From Candidatus Marinacidobacterales bacterium (lineage in GTDB: Bacteria > Acidobacteriota > Vicinamibacteria > Marinacidobacterales > SMYC01), in the NCBI GenBank assembly GCA_965224085.1, contig CBDCYI010000011.1, forward strand, positions 992,001 to 1,056,000: a DNA stretch of 64,000 bases, read 5' to 3'. The position numbers and the translations under genes are program-made. The notes below the pieces were generated by a model. The model did not search any database, was not told the origin of the DNA, and worked only from the letters and a program-made list of their open reading frames with translations. Each line of letters starts with the position of its first letter. The first letter of the stretch is position 1. Below are positions 20,681 to 31,782 of the stretch, one piece after another.

Positions 20681-21421
20681 TTACACTGTGCTGTTCTCGT
20701 TCACGCTCAGAAAATAGCGGACGTGCTCGAGATCGGCTTCGGTGTCCACAGACATACTGTCATAAGACGTGCTTTTCAAGCGGATCGGAATCCCGTTTTC
20801 GAGCGCGCGCAGCTGCTCGAGACGCTCGGCCTTTTCGAGCGGGCTCGGAGGCAAGCGCGTGAGCTTCATGAGCACGTCCTTTGGGTAGACATAGAGCCCG
20901 ATATGCTTGAAAAACGGCGGTTCCCCCGGGCATGCCCATGCCGAGGGGATGGGCGCGCGGGAAAAATATAGCGCGAAGCCGCGGCTGTCGGTGACGACCT
21001 TGACAACGTTCGGATCGAGCCACGTCTTGCGCTCAGCAATCTCGCTTTGCAAGGTGACGATGGCGCCCGGCGTTTCTTGCGCGACTCGGACGGCGTCGTC
21101 GATGGCGGCGGGGTCAATGAGGGGCTCGTCCCCTTGAACGTTCACGATGAGCTCGATGTCGAGCTCCTGGACCGCCTCGGCAATGCGGTCGCTTCCACTC
21201 TGGTGCTCGGGTGACGTCATGACGACCTCGCCTCCGAAGGCGGCTACGACATCACGGATCCGCTCGTCATCGGTCGCAACGAGAACACGGTTGACTCGGT
21301 TTGCTTGCGAGGTGCGCTCATAGACGCGCTCCACCATCGTTTTGCCGTGGAGGTCTTTGAGAGCCTTTCCAGGGAGACGTTTGGATTGGAAGCGGGCAGG
21401 AATGACCGCGATCGTCCGCAT
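20681..21421 (-). CDS. kdsB: CMP-KDO synthetase
   Basis: IPARFQSKRLPGK, NVQGDEP, ALYFSRAPIP, LEQLRALE. Confidence 0.97.
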   Translation of the reverse strand: MRTIAVIPARFQSKRLPGKALKDLHGKTMVERVYERTSQANRVNRVLVATDDERIRDVVAAFGGEVVMTSPEHQSGSDRIAEAVQELDIELIVNVQGDEPLIDPAAIDDAVRVAQETPGAIVTLQSEIAERKTWLDPNVVKVVTDSRGFALYFSRAPIPSAWACPGEPPFFKHIGLYVYPKDVLMKLTRLPPSPLEKAERLEQLRALENGIPIRLKSTSYDSMSVDTEADLEHVRYFLSVNENSTV

Positions 21422-21554
21422 TCAGTCGTGCGTTCCCATAAGAACGGTACGAGCGAGGATAGTGCGTGGGAGGACAGGTGTCAACTTCAGCATTAAGTTC
21501 AACGTTTTAGATCCCCATTCAGCCGGACTTCCGAATGCTGGTAAGCTACACGGT

Positions 21555-22517
21555 GTGCGTCTCATAGTCACTTTGGCGGTTATTTGCGGGATGGTCGCAC
21601 CGGTGCGGGCCACGGGGCAGTCGCGGGTGTTTCATCTTGGGGCTCGGGCGGCTTCGATGGGGGGGGCGTTTACGGGGGTTGCGGACGATGCCACGGCGTT
21701 TTATTGGAATCCGGCGGGCATCGCTTTTGGGCGGTTCGTCTCGGCTGGTTTTTATCATGGGCGGGACGAGATGGATCGGAAGGGGCTTCCGCTCGAAGCT
21801 CGGGCGACAGGGTTGTCGCTCGGTTATACCTTCATGGGGGTCGCTTTTACTCAGTTTCGTCAGACTTCCGCGGATGAGCGCCTCGATACGTTCGACGTGG
21901 CCGTGTCCGTTCTCCAATCACTTCCTTTGGACAATCTCGTGATCGCGGGGAATGTGCACTATCTTCGTGGCGAAACCTTTGGCGGCGAAGGGGCGGCGGG
22001 TGTTTCGAGCGATTCTTGGGACGTCGATTTGGGCGTTCTGTACGCGCCGAACGACTTCGTGCGTGCGGGGCTCATGGTCCGGCAAATTCGTGGAGCGCGC
22101 TTCCGGACCGCCGTCGAAGGCGGGACTCTCGAGCTTCCGACACTTGCCCGAGCTGGCTTGTCGTTTCGGCTGCCCTTCGAGGCCCTCGTTGCTCTCGATG
22201 TGGATCTTTCGCGTCAATCTCAATCGCGTCAATCTCATCAATCTCATCAGGCCCATCAGGCCCGTCCATCGCAGCAGGGGGTTTTGGACGATACCTGGCG
22301 TGAGATCTCGGTCGGCTTCGAGAAATCGTTCCTGGACAAGCGTCTCATCGTGCGGGGAGGGCTGCGCGCAGAAGCTGGATCGGCGCTCGGGTCTCGCCCC
22401 GCGTTCTCCGTCGGTGGCGGGGCCCAGTTCTGGTTGCTCGAGCTCGAAGCGGCCTTTTTGGGGTCCAGCGGGCGGCACGATGAAGCCTTCTGGCTCGGGG
22501 TCACCCTCGCCCGATAA
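21555..22517 (+). CDS. Predicted outer-membrane beta-barrel protein (PorV/TraF/FadL-like N-terminus)
   Basis: Signal peptide, GARAASMGGAFTGVADDATAFYWNPAG motif, alternating beta strands; QSH/QAH repeat insertion. Confidence 0.75.
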   Translation: MRLIVTLAVICGMVAPVRATGQSRVFHLGARAASMGGAFTGVADDATAFYWNPAGIAFGRFVSAGFYHGRDEMDRKGLPLEARATGLSLGYTFMGVAFTQFRQTSADERLDTFDVAVSVLQSLPLDNLVIAGNVHYLRGETFGGEGAAGVSSDSWDVDLGVLYAPNDFVRAGLMVRQIRGARFRTAVEGGTLELPTLARAGLSFRLPFEALVALDVDLSRQSQSRQSHQSHQAHQARPSQQGVLDDTWREISVGFEKSFLDKRLIVRGGLRAEAGSALGSRPAFSVGGGAQFWLLELEAAFLGSSGRHDEAFWLGVTLAR

Positions 22518-22540
22518 AGCCCGCCATCTCTTTGTACCCC

Positions 22541-22569
22541 TTGACATTACAGGGGGTGTCAGTTACCTT
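22541..22569 (+). promoter_or_regulatory. Putative sigma70 promoter of the pilB operon
   Basis: TTGACA-N17-TACCTT; overlaps a TGACA-N9-TGTCA inverted pair. Confidence 0.6.
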
Positions 22570-22641
22570 TATTTATCTCGGTTATCCACTTTGAACGAAT
22601 CGCCTAGCCCGTCCTGACGTGACAGCCCGCGGAGTCCTTGG

Positions 22642-24364
22642 ATGCCTATAAAGCTCGGCGAGCTGCTGGTGAAAGAGAACCTCATCACCCCACAGCAGCT
22701 CCAAGAAGCCCTGCAGTATCAGAAACAGAACGGTGGAAAGCTCGGTCATAACCTAGTCAAATTAGGTTTCGTCAAAGACGAAGAGATCACTCAACTCCTC
22801 TCGCGCCAATACGGCGTCCCTTCGATCAACTTAGCTCGGTTCGAGATCGATCCGTCCGTCATCAAGCTCGTTCCTGCTGAAACGGCGCAGAAATACCAGA
22901 TCATCCCGCTTTCGCGTGCGGGAGCGAATCTTACCATCGCGATGGTGGACCCGACCAACGTCTTCGCCATGGACGACATCAAGTTCATGACCGGCTACAA
23001 CGTTGAGCCTGTGGTTGCCTCGGAAACGGCGATCATGGAGTCGATCGAGAAATATTACGGCTCCGTACACTCTCTTCAGATCAAAGAAGAAATGGACAAG
23101 CTCGTCGAGACGGACGAGTTCGGCGACGATGTGGAAGTGCTCGAGGAAGGCGACGAGATCGATCTGCAGGAGTTCGAAAGATCGACCGAGGAAGCGCCGG
23201 TCGTCAAGCTCTGCAATTTGATTCTGACCGACGCGCTCCGCCGGGGCGCGAGCGATATTCACATCGAGCCCTACGAAAGAGAATTCCGCGTCCGGTTCCG
23301 CATCGACGGCGTGCTCTACGTCGTCATGAACCCGCCGACGAAGCTTCGCGACGCGATGATTTCGCGCCTAAAGATCATGGCGAAGCTGGACATCTCGGAA
23401 AAGCGGCTGCCGCAGGACGGCCGTATCAAAATCCGCATGAACAATCAGGGAAAAATGCGCGAGCTTGACTATCGTGTCTCGACGCTCCCGACGCTCTGGG
23501 GCGAGAAAGTCGTGCTACGGTTGCTCGACAAAGAGAACCTCATGCTCGACATGACCAAGCTCGGCTTCGAAGTCGAATCGCTGAAACATTTCGAAGAAGC
23601 GATCTTCGAACCGGTGGGGCATGGTTCTCGTGACGGGGCCGACGGGTAGTGGCAAGACGAATACTCTCTATTCCGCCATCAGTCAGCTGAACACTCCCGA
23701 GACCAACATCATGACAGCGGAGGATCCAGTCGAGTTCAACCTCTCCGGCGTCAATCAGGTCCAGATGAAAGAGGCCATCGGGCTCAATTTTGCTGCGGCG
23801 CTGCGCTCGTTTCTGCGACAAGACCCAAACATCGTTCTCGTGGGAGAGATTCGAGACTTCGAGACGGCGGAAATCGCGGTCAAGGCCGCGCTGACAGGTC
23901 ATCTGGTCTTGTCGACGCTCCACACGAATGACGCGCCATCGACGGTCAACCGTCTGATGAACATGGGGATCGAGCCCTTCCTCGTCGCAACTTCGGTGCA
24001 TATGATAGTTGCCCAGCGTCTCGTTCGGCGCATCTGCAAAGAGTGCAAGGCCCCGATGGAGGTGCCGGCCCAGGCACTAATCGATGCCGGCTTCACACCG
24101 GAAGATGCGAAGGGCATTCAGCCGCAGAAAGGCCGCGGTTGTGGCACCTACAACAACACGGGCTACAAAGGGCGCGTCGGTCTCTACGAGGTCTTTCAGC
24201 TCACGGATGAAGTTCGCCAGCTCGTTCTCGAAGGCGCGTCCTCTATCGAGTTGAAACAACGCGCCATCGAAGACGGAATGATTTCGCTCCGCTATAGCGG
24301 GCTCCGAAAGGTCAAAGACGGCTTGACGACAATGGAAGAGGTCGTTCGCGAAACGGTCAGGTAG
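22642..24364 (+). pseudogene. pilB: Type IV pilus extension ATPase PilB, frameshifted at ~23613
   Basis: Two ORFs (22642-23649, 23621-24364) join if one G is removed ([17 protein letters not shown]); fourth Zn ligand is Tyr (CGTY). Confidence 0.9.
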
Positions 24365-24398
24365 CCGCGAACAGAAGCGACTGGAATGAGGTTTCGAT

Positions 24399-25540
24399 AT
24401 GGCGGTTAGCCTCCATCAGCTCTTGAAGACGATGCTCGAGATGGGCGGGTCGGACTTGCATGTCACCAACAACTCGCCGCCACAGATTCGCGTGGACGGT
24501 AAGTTACGGCCGCTCGATATGCCGCCTCTTACGACGGTAGAGACGAAGCAGCTCTCGTATAGCGTTCTAACCGACAATCAGAAGCACCGTTTCGAGGAGA
24601 ACCTCGAGCTCGATTTTTCGTTCGGTATCAAGAAGCTCGCGCGTTTTCGCGCGAACGTCTTCATGCAACGCGGTGCGGTAGCGGCCGTCTACCGAACGAT
24701 CCCCTATGAGATCAAAGGCTTCAAAGAGCTCGGGCTTCCGCCAGTGGTGGCTCAGATTTGCGATAAGCCGCGTGGCCTCGTGCTCGTCACTGGGCCGACG
24801 GGCAGCGGCAAGTCCACGACGCTCGCGGCCATGCTCGACAAAGTCAACAAAGAGCGGGCGGAGCACATCATCACCATCGAGGATCCGATCGAGTATCTCC
24901 ACAATCATCAGAAGTGCTTGGTGAACCAAAGGGAGATTCACTCGGATACCCACAGTTTCACGAACGCGCTTCGCGCCGCTCTGCGTGAAGATCCCGACGT
25001 CGTGCTCATCGGTGAAATGCGTGACCTCGAGACGATTGAAGCCGCGCTTCGTATCGCGGAGACGGGCCATTTGACCTTCGCGACACTCCATACGAACTCG
25101 GCGGCGCAGACGATCAACCGCATCGTTGATGTCTTCCCTGCGCATCAGCAGTCTCAGATTCGGGCTCAGCTCTCCTTTGTGCTCGAAGGCATCATGTGCC
25201 AGTCGCTCTTGCCCAAAGCGAGCGGCTCGGGCCGCGTCATGGCCATGGAGATTCTCGTTCCCAACTCCGCTATTCGGAACCTCATTCGCGAGGACAAGAT
25301 CCATCAAATCTACTCCAGCATGCAGACCGGCCAGGAGAAGCATGGCATGCAGACATGCAGACGTTCAATCAATCGCTCGCGACGCTCTATTTCAAAAAGC
25401 AAATCTCGCTTCAGTTCGCTCTCGCGCAGTCATCGAATCCGGACGAGCTCCAGGACATGGTCCATCGTGGTTCGGGCCTGACTCAGGGGGGTCGACCGCA
25501 GGCCCCGGCCGGCGGCCGGCCGGGAATGGTGCGGCGCTGA
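24399..25540 (+). pseudogene. pilT: Retraction ATPase PilT, frameshifted by an 8-bp duplication at 25346-25361
   Basis: GPTGSGKSTT, ALREDPD, AIRNLIRE; CATGCAGA x2 moves the MQTFNQSL C-terminus out of frame. Confidence 0.9.
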
Positions 25541-25619
25541 CTTGGCTGACATCGCCGAAATCGGAAATCGATAATCGATGACGCGAAGCCGCAAAATGAG
25601 AGACTAAGGAGGCAACAAG

Positions 25620-26819
25620 ATGCCGGCCTACGTGTTCAAACGCAAGACTCGCGCAGGTGCCGCGACTTCGGGAGAACGCGCGGCGGATTCCAAAGATGCG
25701 GTGATCGCTATGCTCCGACGAGAACAGATTCTCGTCACGAGCGTCAAGGAGAAGGGCAAGGAGATAGCACTTCCGAAATTCGGCGGGGGCATCAAGAGCA
25801 AGGACGTCGCGATTTTCACACGACAGTTCTCGGTTATGATCGATGCGGGCTTGCCTCTCGTCCAGTGTCTCGAGATTCTCGGCACCCAGCAGGACAATCC
25901 CGGTTTCCAGAAGGTGCTCTTGACGGTGCGCCAGGATGTCGAAGGCGGCTCGTCCCTGGCCGACGCGATGAAGAAGCACCCGAAGGTTTTCGACGATCTG
26001 TTCACCAATATGATCGCTGCGGGCGAGGCTGGCGGTATCTTGGATACGATTCTGAAGCGCCTTTCGACCTATATCGAAAAGTCCGTCAAGCTGAAAGCGC
26101 AGGTCAAGTCGGCGATGGTCTATCCGGCGGCTGTCATCTCCATCGCTGGTCTGGTCGTCGGTGTCATCCTGTGGAAAGTCATCCCGACCTTCGCCGCTTT
26201 GTTCGCGGGACTCGGTGCGCAGTTGCCGCTTCCGACACGGATCGTGATCACGCTTTCGAACTGGGTTGTGCGGTTGATGCTTCCCGGCGTTCTCGCGGGG
26301 TTCGGGGCGGTGTACGGGCTCAAGCGCTACCACGAAACTTACAAAGGGCGGCGCGTGCTCGATGGGCTGGTTCTCAGGACGCCCATACTCGGGATGATCA
26401 TGCGGAAGATCGCGGTCGCGCGCTTTTGTCGTACTCTCGCGACGCTCATCTCGAGTGGTGTTCCCATTCTGGACGGGCTCGAAATCACGGCGCGGACGTC
26501 AGGAAATGCGATCGTCGAGGACGCGATCATGCAGACGCGAAAAAGCGTCGAAGGTGGTCAGTCGCTCGCCGGGCCGCTCAAGCAAACGGACGTTTTCCCA
26601 CCGATGGTCGTTCAGATGATCGCTGTCGGTGAACAGACTGGCGCTCTCGACAACATGCTCTCCAAGATCGCGGATTTCTACGAGGATGAAGTAGACACCG
26701 CCGTGGCCAACTTGATGACCCTGATGGAGCCGGTTCTGATTCTTTTTCTAGGAACCGTGGTTGGCGGAATCGTCATCTCGATGTACTTGCCCATCTTCAG
26801 CCTGATCAACAGTCTATAG
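25620..26819 (+). CDS. pilC: Type IV pilus platform protein PilC
   Basis: FTRQFSVMIDAGLPL, AGEAGGILD, SAMVYP, VGEQTGALD, MYLPIF. Confidence 0.95.
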   Translation: MPAYVFKRKTRAGAATSGERAADSKDAVIAMLRREQILVTSVKEKGKEIALPKFGGGIKSKDVAIFTRQFSVMIDAGLPLVQCLEILGTQQDNPGFQKVLLTVRQDVEGGSSLADAMKKHPKVFDDLFTNMIAAGEAGGILDTILKRLSTYIEKSVKLKAQVKSAMVYPAAVISIAGLVVGVILWKVIPTFAALFAGLGAQLPLPTRIVITLSNWVVRLMLPGVLAGFGAVYGLKRYHETYKGRRVLDGLVLRTPILGMIMRKIAVARFCRTLATLISSGVPILDGLEITARTSGNAIVEDAIMQTRKSVEGGQSLAGPLKQTDVFPPMVVQMIAVGEQTGALDNMLSKIADFYEDEVDTAVANLMTLMEPVLILFLGTVVGGIVISMYLPIFSLINSL

Positions 26820-26916
26820 GCTGAGCTCAGGACGCGAGCTCCAGGAAGGGTGGCCCTCGCTCGTGCGCGCTACCATGCTTTCGAGGCGGGAGGACGGACC
26901 GAAAACCGCCTGACCC

Positions 26917-27541
26917 ATGAACTCCCAGAGGACGGCGCAAGCGGCACGAACCATCGCCGACACGGCGCTCGTATGGATGATGTTCCTGCGCGTCGTTGTG
27001 GTGACGGCGCTCATGGGCTCGGCGGTCATCGCGGAAGTCATTCGTAGACCTCGGGGAGCGTCAGACCCGCTCTACTCGCTCATCGCGCTCACCTACTTGC
27101 TCACGCTCGTCTACGCGCTCGCGTGGCCCTTCACCGCGAATTATCGGAAGCAGCTCGCCTACGTTCAGATCCTGGGCGATCTGCTCATTGTGACGGGGAT
27201 CGTATACTCGACGGGCGGCGCCGACAGCAATTTCTCCTCGGTTTACTTCATCGTCATCATTGCGGCGAGTATCATCCTTTTTCGCCGAGGCGGTTTCGTG
27301 GCGGCGAGCGCGGCCTCGGTACTCTATGGCTCACTTATTCAAGGGGATCTATCTCGGCGCCATTCCGCCATATGCGCCCGGTATTACATCCCCGGTCGTC
27401 ATGCCCTCTCAAGTCGTGGCCTACACGATATTCTTGAACGTCTTCGGTTTTTACGCGGTCGCGTTTCTTACGAGCTATCTTTCCGAGAATCTTCGTCTCA
27501 CCGGCCGCAAGCTGGAAGAGGCTTCCGATTTCCTCGCGGAT
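26917..27541 (+). pseudogene. pilS: PilS-type sensor kinase remnant: membrane domain only, frameshift at G4 27343-27346, PAS/HisKA/HATPase domains missing
   Basis: PilS-like TM region (QILGDLL..TGG..SNFS) between pilC and pilR; no H-box or ATPase motifs. Confidence 0.8.
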
Positions 27542-27559
27542 AGATCGGAGGACGATCGG

Positions 27560-28942
27560 TTGAGCCGCATTCTTGTCGTTGATGACGAAGAGTCCATGCG
27601 CGAGCTTCTCGAGATAGCACTGGGGAAAGACGGGCATCGAATCACCTTGGCCGATTCTGGCGAGGCGGCGACGAAGCTCATCGATCAGAATTCGTTCGAC
27701 CTCGTGATCTCCGACATCAAAATGCCCGACATGAGCGGGGTCGAGGTTCTGCGCCACGTGAAGGAGACGGAGCCGGGCACGCCGGTCATCATGGTGACGG
27801 CCTATGCGTCGGCGGAAACTGCGGTAGAGGCTCTTCGCCTCGGGGCTTACGACTACCTCACCAAGCCGTTCAAAGTCGACGAACTCAAGGCCAATATTCG
27901 GAACGCTCTCGAGAAAAAGCAGCTCAAGGAAGAGGTGTTTCATCTGAAGCGAGAGCTTCGGCACAAACATGGACTCGATAACATGCTCGGTCGCTCACCG
28001 AAGATGGTCGAGCTATTCGAACATGTTCAATCCGTTGCCGCCACGAACAGCACCGTCCTGATCACGGGAGATAGCGGAACTGGGAAGGAGCTCGTAGCGC
28101 GCGCTCTCCACGTCGGCAGTACCCGCGCGTCGGAAGCATTTGTGTCCATCAACTGTGGTGCGGTTACGGAGACTTTGCTCGAAAGCGAGCTCTTCGGGCA
28201 CTTGAAAGGATCGTTCACGGGAGCGACTACCAATCACAAAGGGCTTTTCGAAGTGGCCCATCGCGGAACGATCTTCCTCGATGAGATAGGTGAAATGAGC
28301 CCGGCGATGCAGGTCAAGCTCCTGCGCGTGCTGCAAGAAAGGCGCATCCGCCGCATCGGCGGGGCGGAGGAGATCGAAGTCGACGTCCGGATTCTTGCCG
28401 CGACCAACAAGAACCTCGAAGAGGGTCTTCGGCAAAAAACGTTTCGTGAGGATCTGTATTACCGTTTGAACGTCATCCCGATCTGCGTGCCACCGCTACG
28501 CGAGCGCCGCGACGATATACCGCTTCTCGCCCAGCACTTTCTCGCGAAGGCCTGCAAATCGATGGGCAGGAACATCCGCAAGATCTCCGATCAGGCCATC
28601 GATCTAATGACGCGATACGATTGGCCCGGCAATGTCCGCGAGCTCGAAAACGTTATCGAGCGCGGTGTGGCGCTCGAGTCGACGAGAGTCATCCTGCCCG
28701 AGCGGCTGCCAGAGAAGGTTAGAACCTTTGGTGACGCTCCGGCCGACGGGCCCGAGGATGCTGGATCCGCCGTGCTGCCGGAGGAGGGTGTCGACTTCAA
28801 CGAGCGTGTCGCGACGATGGAGTCGCAACTCTTGTCCACCGCGATGGCGCGTTCGGGCGGCGTCCAGACCAAAGCGGCCAAGCTACTCCGAATGAACCTA
28901 CGTTCGTTCCGCTACCTGCTGCAAAAATACAACCTCCGGTAA
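27560..28942 (+). CDS. pilR: Sigma54-dependent response regulator PilR (NtrC family)
   Basis: TTG start after GGAGGA; ILVVDDE receiver, GDSGTGKE, ESELFGH..GSFTGA, WPGNVRELEN, C-terminal HTH; synteny. Confidence 0.87.
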   Translation: MSRILVVDDEESMRELLEIALGKDGHRITLADSGEAATKLIDQNSFDLVISDIKMPDMSGVEVLRHVKETEPGTPVIMVTAYASAETAVEALRLGAYDYLTKPFKVDELKANIRNALEKKQLKEEVFHLKRELRHKHGLDNMLGRSPKMVELFEHVQSVAATNSTVLITGDSGTGKELVARALHVGSTRASEAFVSINCGAVTETLLESELFGHLKGSFTGATTNHKGLFEVAHRGTIFLDEIGEMSPAMQVKLLRVLQERRIRRIGGAEEIEVDVRILAATNKNLEEGLRQKTFREDLYYRLNVIPICVPPLRERRDDIPLLAQHFLAKACKSMGRNIRKISDQAIDLMTRYDWPGNVRELENVIERGVALESTRVILPERLPEKVRTFGDAPADGPEDAGSAVLPEEGVDFNERVATMESQLLSTAMARSGGVQTKAAKLLRMNLRSFRYLLQKYNLR

Positions 28943-28947
28943 GTACG

Positions 28948-29733
28948 TTGACGGAGTTCGAAAGACCGGTCTGGCTGCTTCCCGCTTTCGCAGGATTTCT
29001 TGGGCTCGTCTGGGGGAGCTTCTTAAATGTTGTGATCCATCGGCTTCCCTTGGGGGAGTCGCTCGTGACGCCTCGCTCGCGCTGTCCCTCGTGCCGCAAG
29101 CTCGTGGGGTCCTATGACAACGTTCCGGTCGTGAGCTATATCTTGCTTCGTGGACGCTGTCGTCATTGCAGTGCTTCGATCTCGATACGCTATCCCGGGG
29201 TAGAGCTTGCTATGTCTGCCGCGTCGCTACTCTCGTTCATGAGACACGGGCCGAGCCTCGAATATCTCGTCGAGTTCGCCTTCGTCGCAGCGATGATCGC
29301 GCTCATTTTCATCGACTTCGATCACCAAATTCTCCCGGACAGCATTACACTTTCCAGCGTCGTTTTAGGGCTCGCGCTCTCTTGGCCCCGCGAGACGATC
29401 ACTTTCGTCGATGCGCTGAAAGGGGCCGTGCTCGGGGCTTCCGTCTTGTTCCTTGTGTCCGAGGCTTACTTCCTCCTCAAGAAAGTCGAGGGGATGGGTT
29501 TCGGTGACGTCAAGATGATGGGGATGGTCGGCGCCTTCGTCGGGTGGAAAGGTGTGCTGCTGACGTTGTTCCTCGGCTCGCTCGTCGGCTCCATCGTTGG
29601 CATCATCGTCATTCAAAAAAGCGGCGGGGACATGAAGACAAAGCTTCCGTTCGGCACGTTTCTCGGCATGGGCGCAATCGTGGCGATGTATGCTGGTGAG
29701 CGCGTGATCGAGTGGTATTCCGGTATGTTCTGA
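28948..29733 (+). CDS. pilD: Prepilin peptidase/methyltransferase
   Basis: GSFLNVVIHRLP, CxxC pairs, GMGFGDVK, LPFGTFL. Confidence 0.95.
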   Translation: MTEFERPVWLLPAFAGFLGLVWGSFLNVVIHRLPLGESLVTPRSRCPSCRKLVGSYDNVPVVSYILLRGRCRHCSASISIRYPGVELAMSAASLLSFMRHGPSLEYLVEFAFVAAMIALIFIDFDHQILPDSITLSSVVLGLALSWPRETITFVDALKGAVLGASVLFLVSEAYFLLKKVEGMGFGDVKMMGMVGAFVGWKGVLLTLFLGSLVGSIVGIIVIQKSGGDMKTKLPFGTFLGMGAIVAMYAGERVIEWYSGMF

Positions 29734-29757
29734 GCCAGTACAGTAGAAACGAGCCCA

Positions 29758-31544
29758 ATGTTCTCGCGCGAAGCACGCGTTCGGCTCTTTCTCGCCCTTT
29801 TGATCCTTGTGCTCGTGCTCACGAATAGCCAGAGCCTCCTGGTTTCCTATCAATCCCGAGGCGTTCTCACCGAGCTATTCGAGTCGCGCTCACGCGAAAC
29901 GGCGCTGCGCATCGTCTCTGATCTCGGTGAAGGCCGCGACGAAGCCATCAGTGTTCTAACGGCCCGGCTCGAGAATCTAGCCAAACACCGTGAGCTCATC
30001 TCCATCTGCGTCCTCGACTGGAGCGGCCGGCTCGTTACTCCTGGGGCGTGCGGGCCTCCCGAGAGCGACGAGCGCGAACGTTTGTCTCGCGAAGGGTTCG
30101 ACGAGCTTCGTGAAAACGGCTGGACGATGAGCGACGTGGCGCCCGCCTACGATGCCGACCGCGCGCGCGCCTTCGCCTACTTGGTGCTTCCCACTATTCC
30201 GCTGCGCGATGCTGTTCGGCATCTTGCGGATCGAGGTGCCGGCTCCACGTCTTGCCGACGCGAACCGCCGATTTCGAAGCTCACTCGTCTACCAAGTCTC
30301 CGCTCTGAGCCTGGTGCTTCTCGCCATCGTACTCTTTCTGAACAGCATGCTCGCGCCCCAGCGTCGGCTCGTCGCGGAAGCCCGATCCGTGGCGAGCGAG
30401 CTCCCCGAAACCAGAATCGATGAGACCGACGAAAGTGAATTTCTCTTGACGACCTTTCAGGAGGTCGTCGCGCGCTTGAAGGAAAAGGAGCGGGAGCTCT
30501 CGGCTCTGCATCAGCTCGAGAAAGCGCGCGCTGACGAGACGGAAGCGCTCGCGAGCGACATCATCCGCAGCATGACAACGGGTCTCGTGAGCCTCGACCC
30601 CTCGGGAACAGTGGTGTTGGTCAATCCGGCGGCGGAGCGCATCTTCGACCTCGAAGCGTCAAAGGTGCTGAAGCTCCCTTTTGCTGAAGTCTTTCCGGGC
30701 TCGCCGGCGCTCGCGACGCGCGCCGATGAAGCTCTCGAGCTCGGCGCCTATCACCTTCGAGGGCAGGCGCTCTACAAGAAGGAAAGCGGCGAGACGCTTC
30801 ACCTCGGTGTGAGCGTTATCCCGCTCCTGGCTTCGGATGGCGGCACGAGAGGTGCTATTTGTTTGCTCGCCGATCTGACCGAAATCGTCTCGCTGCGCGA
30901 GCGATTGCTACTCAAGGAGAACCTCGCTCGGCTGGGTGAAATGGTCGCCGGGATTGCCCACGAGTTCCGAAACGGCCTCGGGACGATCATGGGCAATGCC
31001 AAGCTTCTGAAAGGGCAGGGCGGAGACGAATCGGAAGAGCTTGTCGACGCGCTTCTCGAAGAGAGCCACTCGCTCGCTCGCGTCGTGACCGAGTTCCTTC
31101 AATTTGCGCGGCCGGAATCGCTCCAGCTGGAAGCGGTCGATCTCTACGCTCTCTTGCGCGACCTTTTGGATGAGTTGAAGCAGCGCGCCGCGCGCGACGA
31201 TGTTCATCTTTCGCTCGAAGCGGATGGCGTGATTAGCCTTCCGGCCGACGAGCCTATGCTTCGCAAGGCGGTCTCGAACCTCGTCGTCAATGCGATCGAA
31301 GCGGTGGCGGCGTCCAAGGCGAAGAAAGGCTCGGTCCGTGTCGAGCTTGCCCGCACCGCGGATCTTTACGCCCTTTACGACGGGGAAGGTGGATGGCACC
31401 GGGCTCGGTTTGTCGGTGGTCCAGAAAATCATCGTCTCGCATAACGGAACCGTGGAGCTCGAGAAGACGAACGGCGGTGCGAGCTTTGCCATCCGCCTTC
31501 CTATGAGTGGGGATACGCGCGAATATTCCGAAGGCTGGCTGTAA
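29758..31544 (+). pseudogene. PAS-domain sensor histidine kinase, two frame breaks and G1-box deletion
   Basis: Three ORF pieces; H-box AHEFRN, N-box NLVVNAIEA, then jumps to IFTPF..GTGLGL in another frame with no DxGxG box. Confidence 0.85.
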
Positions 31545-31592
31545 TTGCCGCTTTCCTTTTTGGTCGTAAACGAGGTATTCTAAGATACTTAA

Positions 31593-31782
31593 CCCTAATC
31601 GCAAAATCTTCGAAGCACGAAAACGCGAAACAGCCGCACTGGGCGCAGGCGAGAAGCTCGTGCTGGGGCACCCGCTCGCCGCCACTATAGGTGATTCTGC
31701 ACGGTGTATGCAGAACCTGGAAAAGGTGCTATTCACGGGGGCCAAAGACCTCAGACACGGTGACGTTTATTTGCGATTAGGG
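31593..31782. mobile_element. MITE-like non-autonomous element (190 bp)
   Basis: Perfect terminal inverted repeats CCCTAATCGCAAA / TTTGCGATTAGGG, each flanked by TTAA; no ORF. Confidence 0.75.

Noticed and set aside
21555-22517. Conjugative element implied by the TraF-like motif
   Set aside because: No relaxase, coupling protein, VirB4 or integrase in the window.
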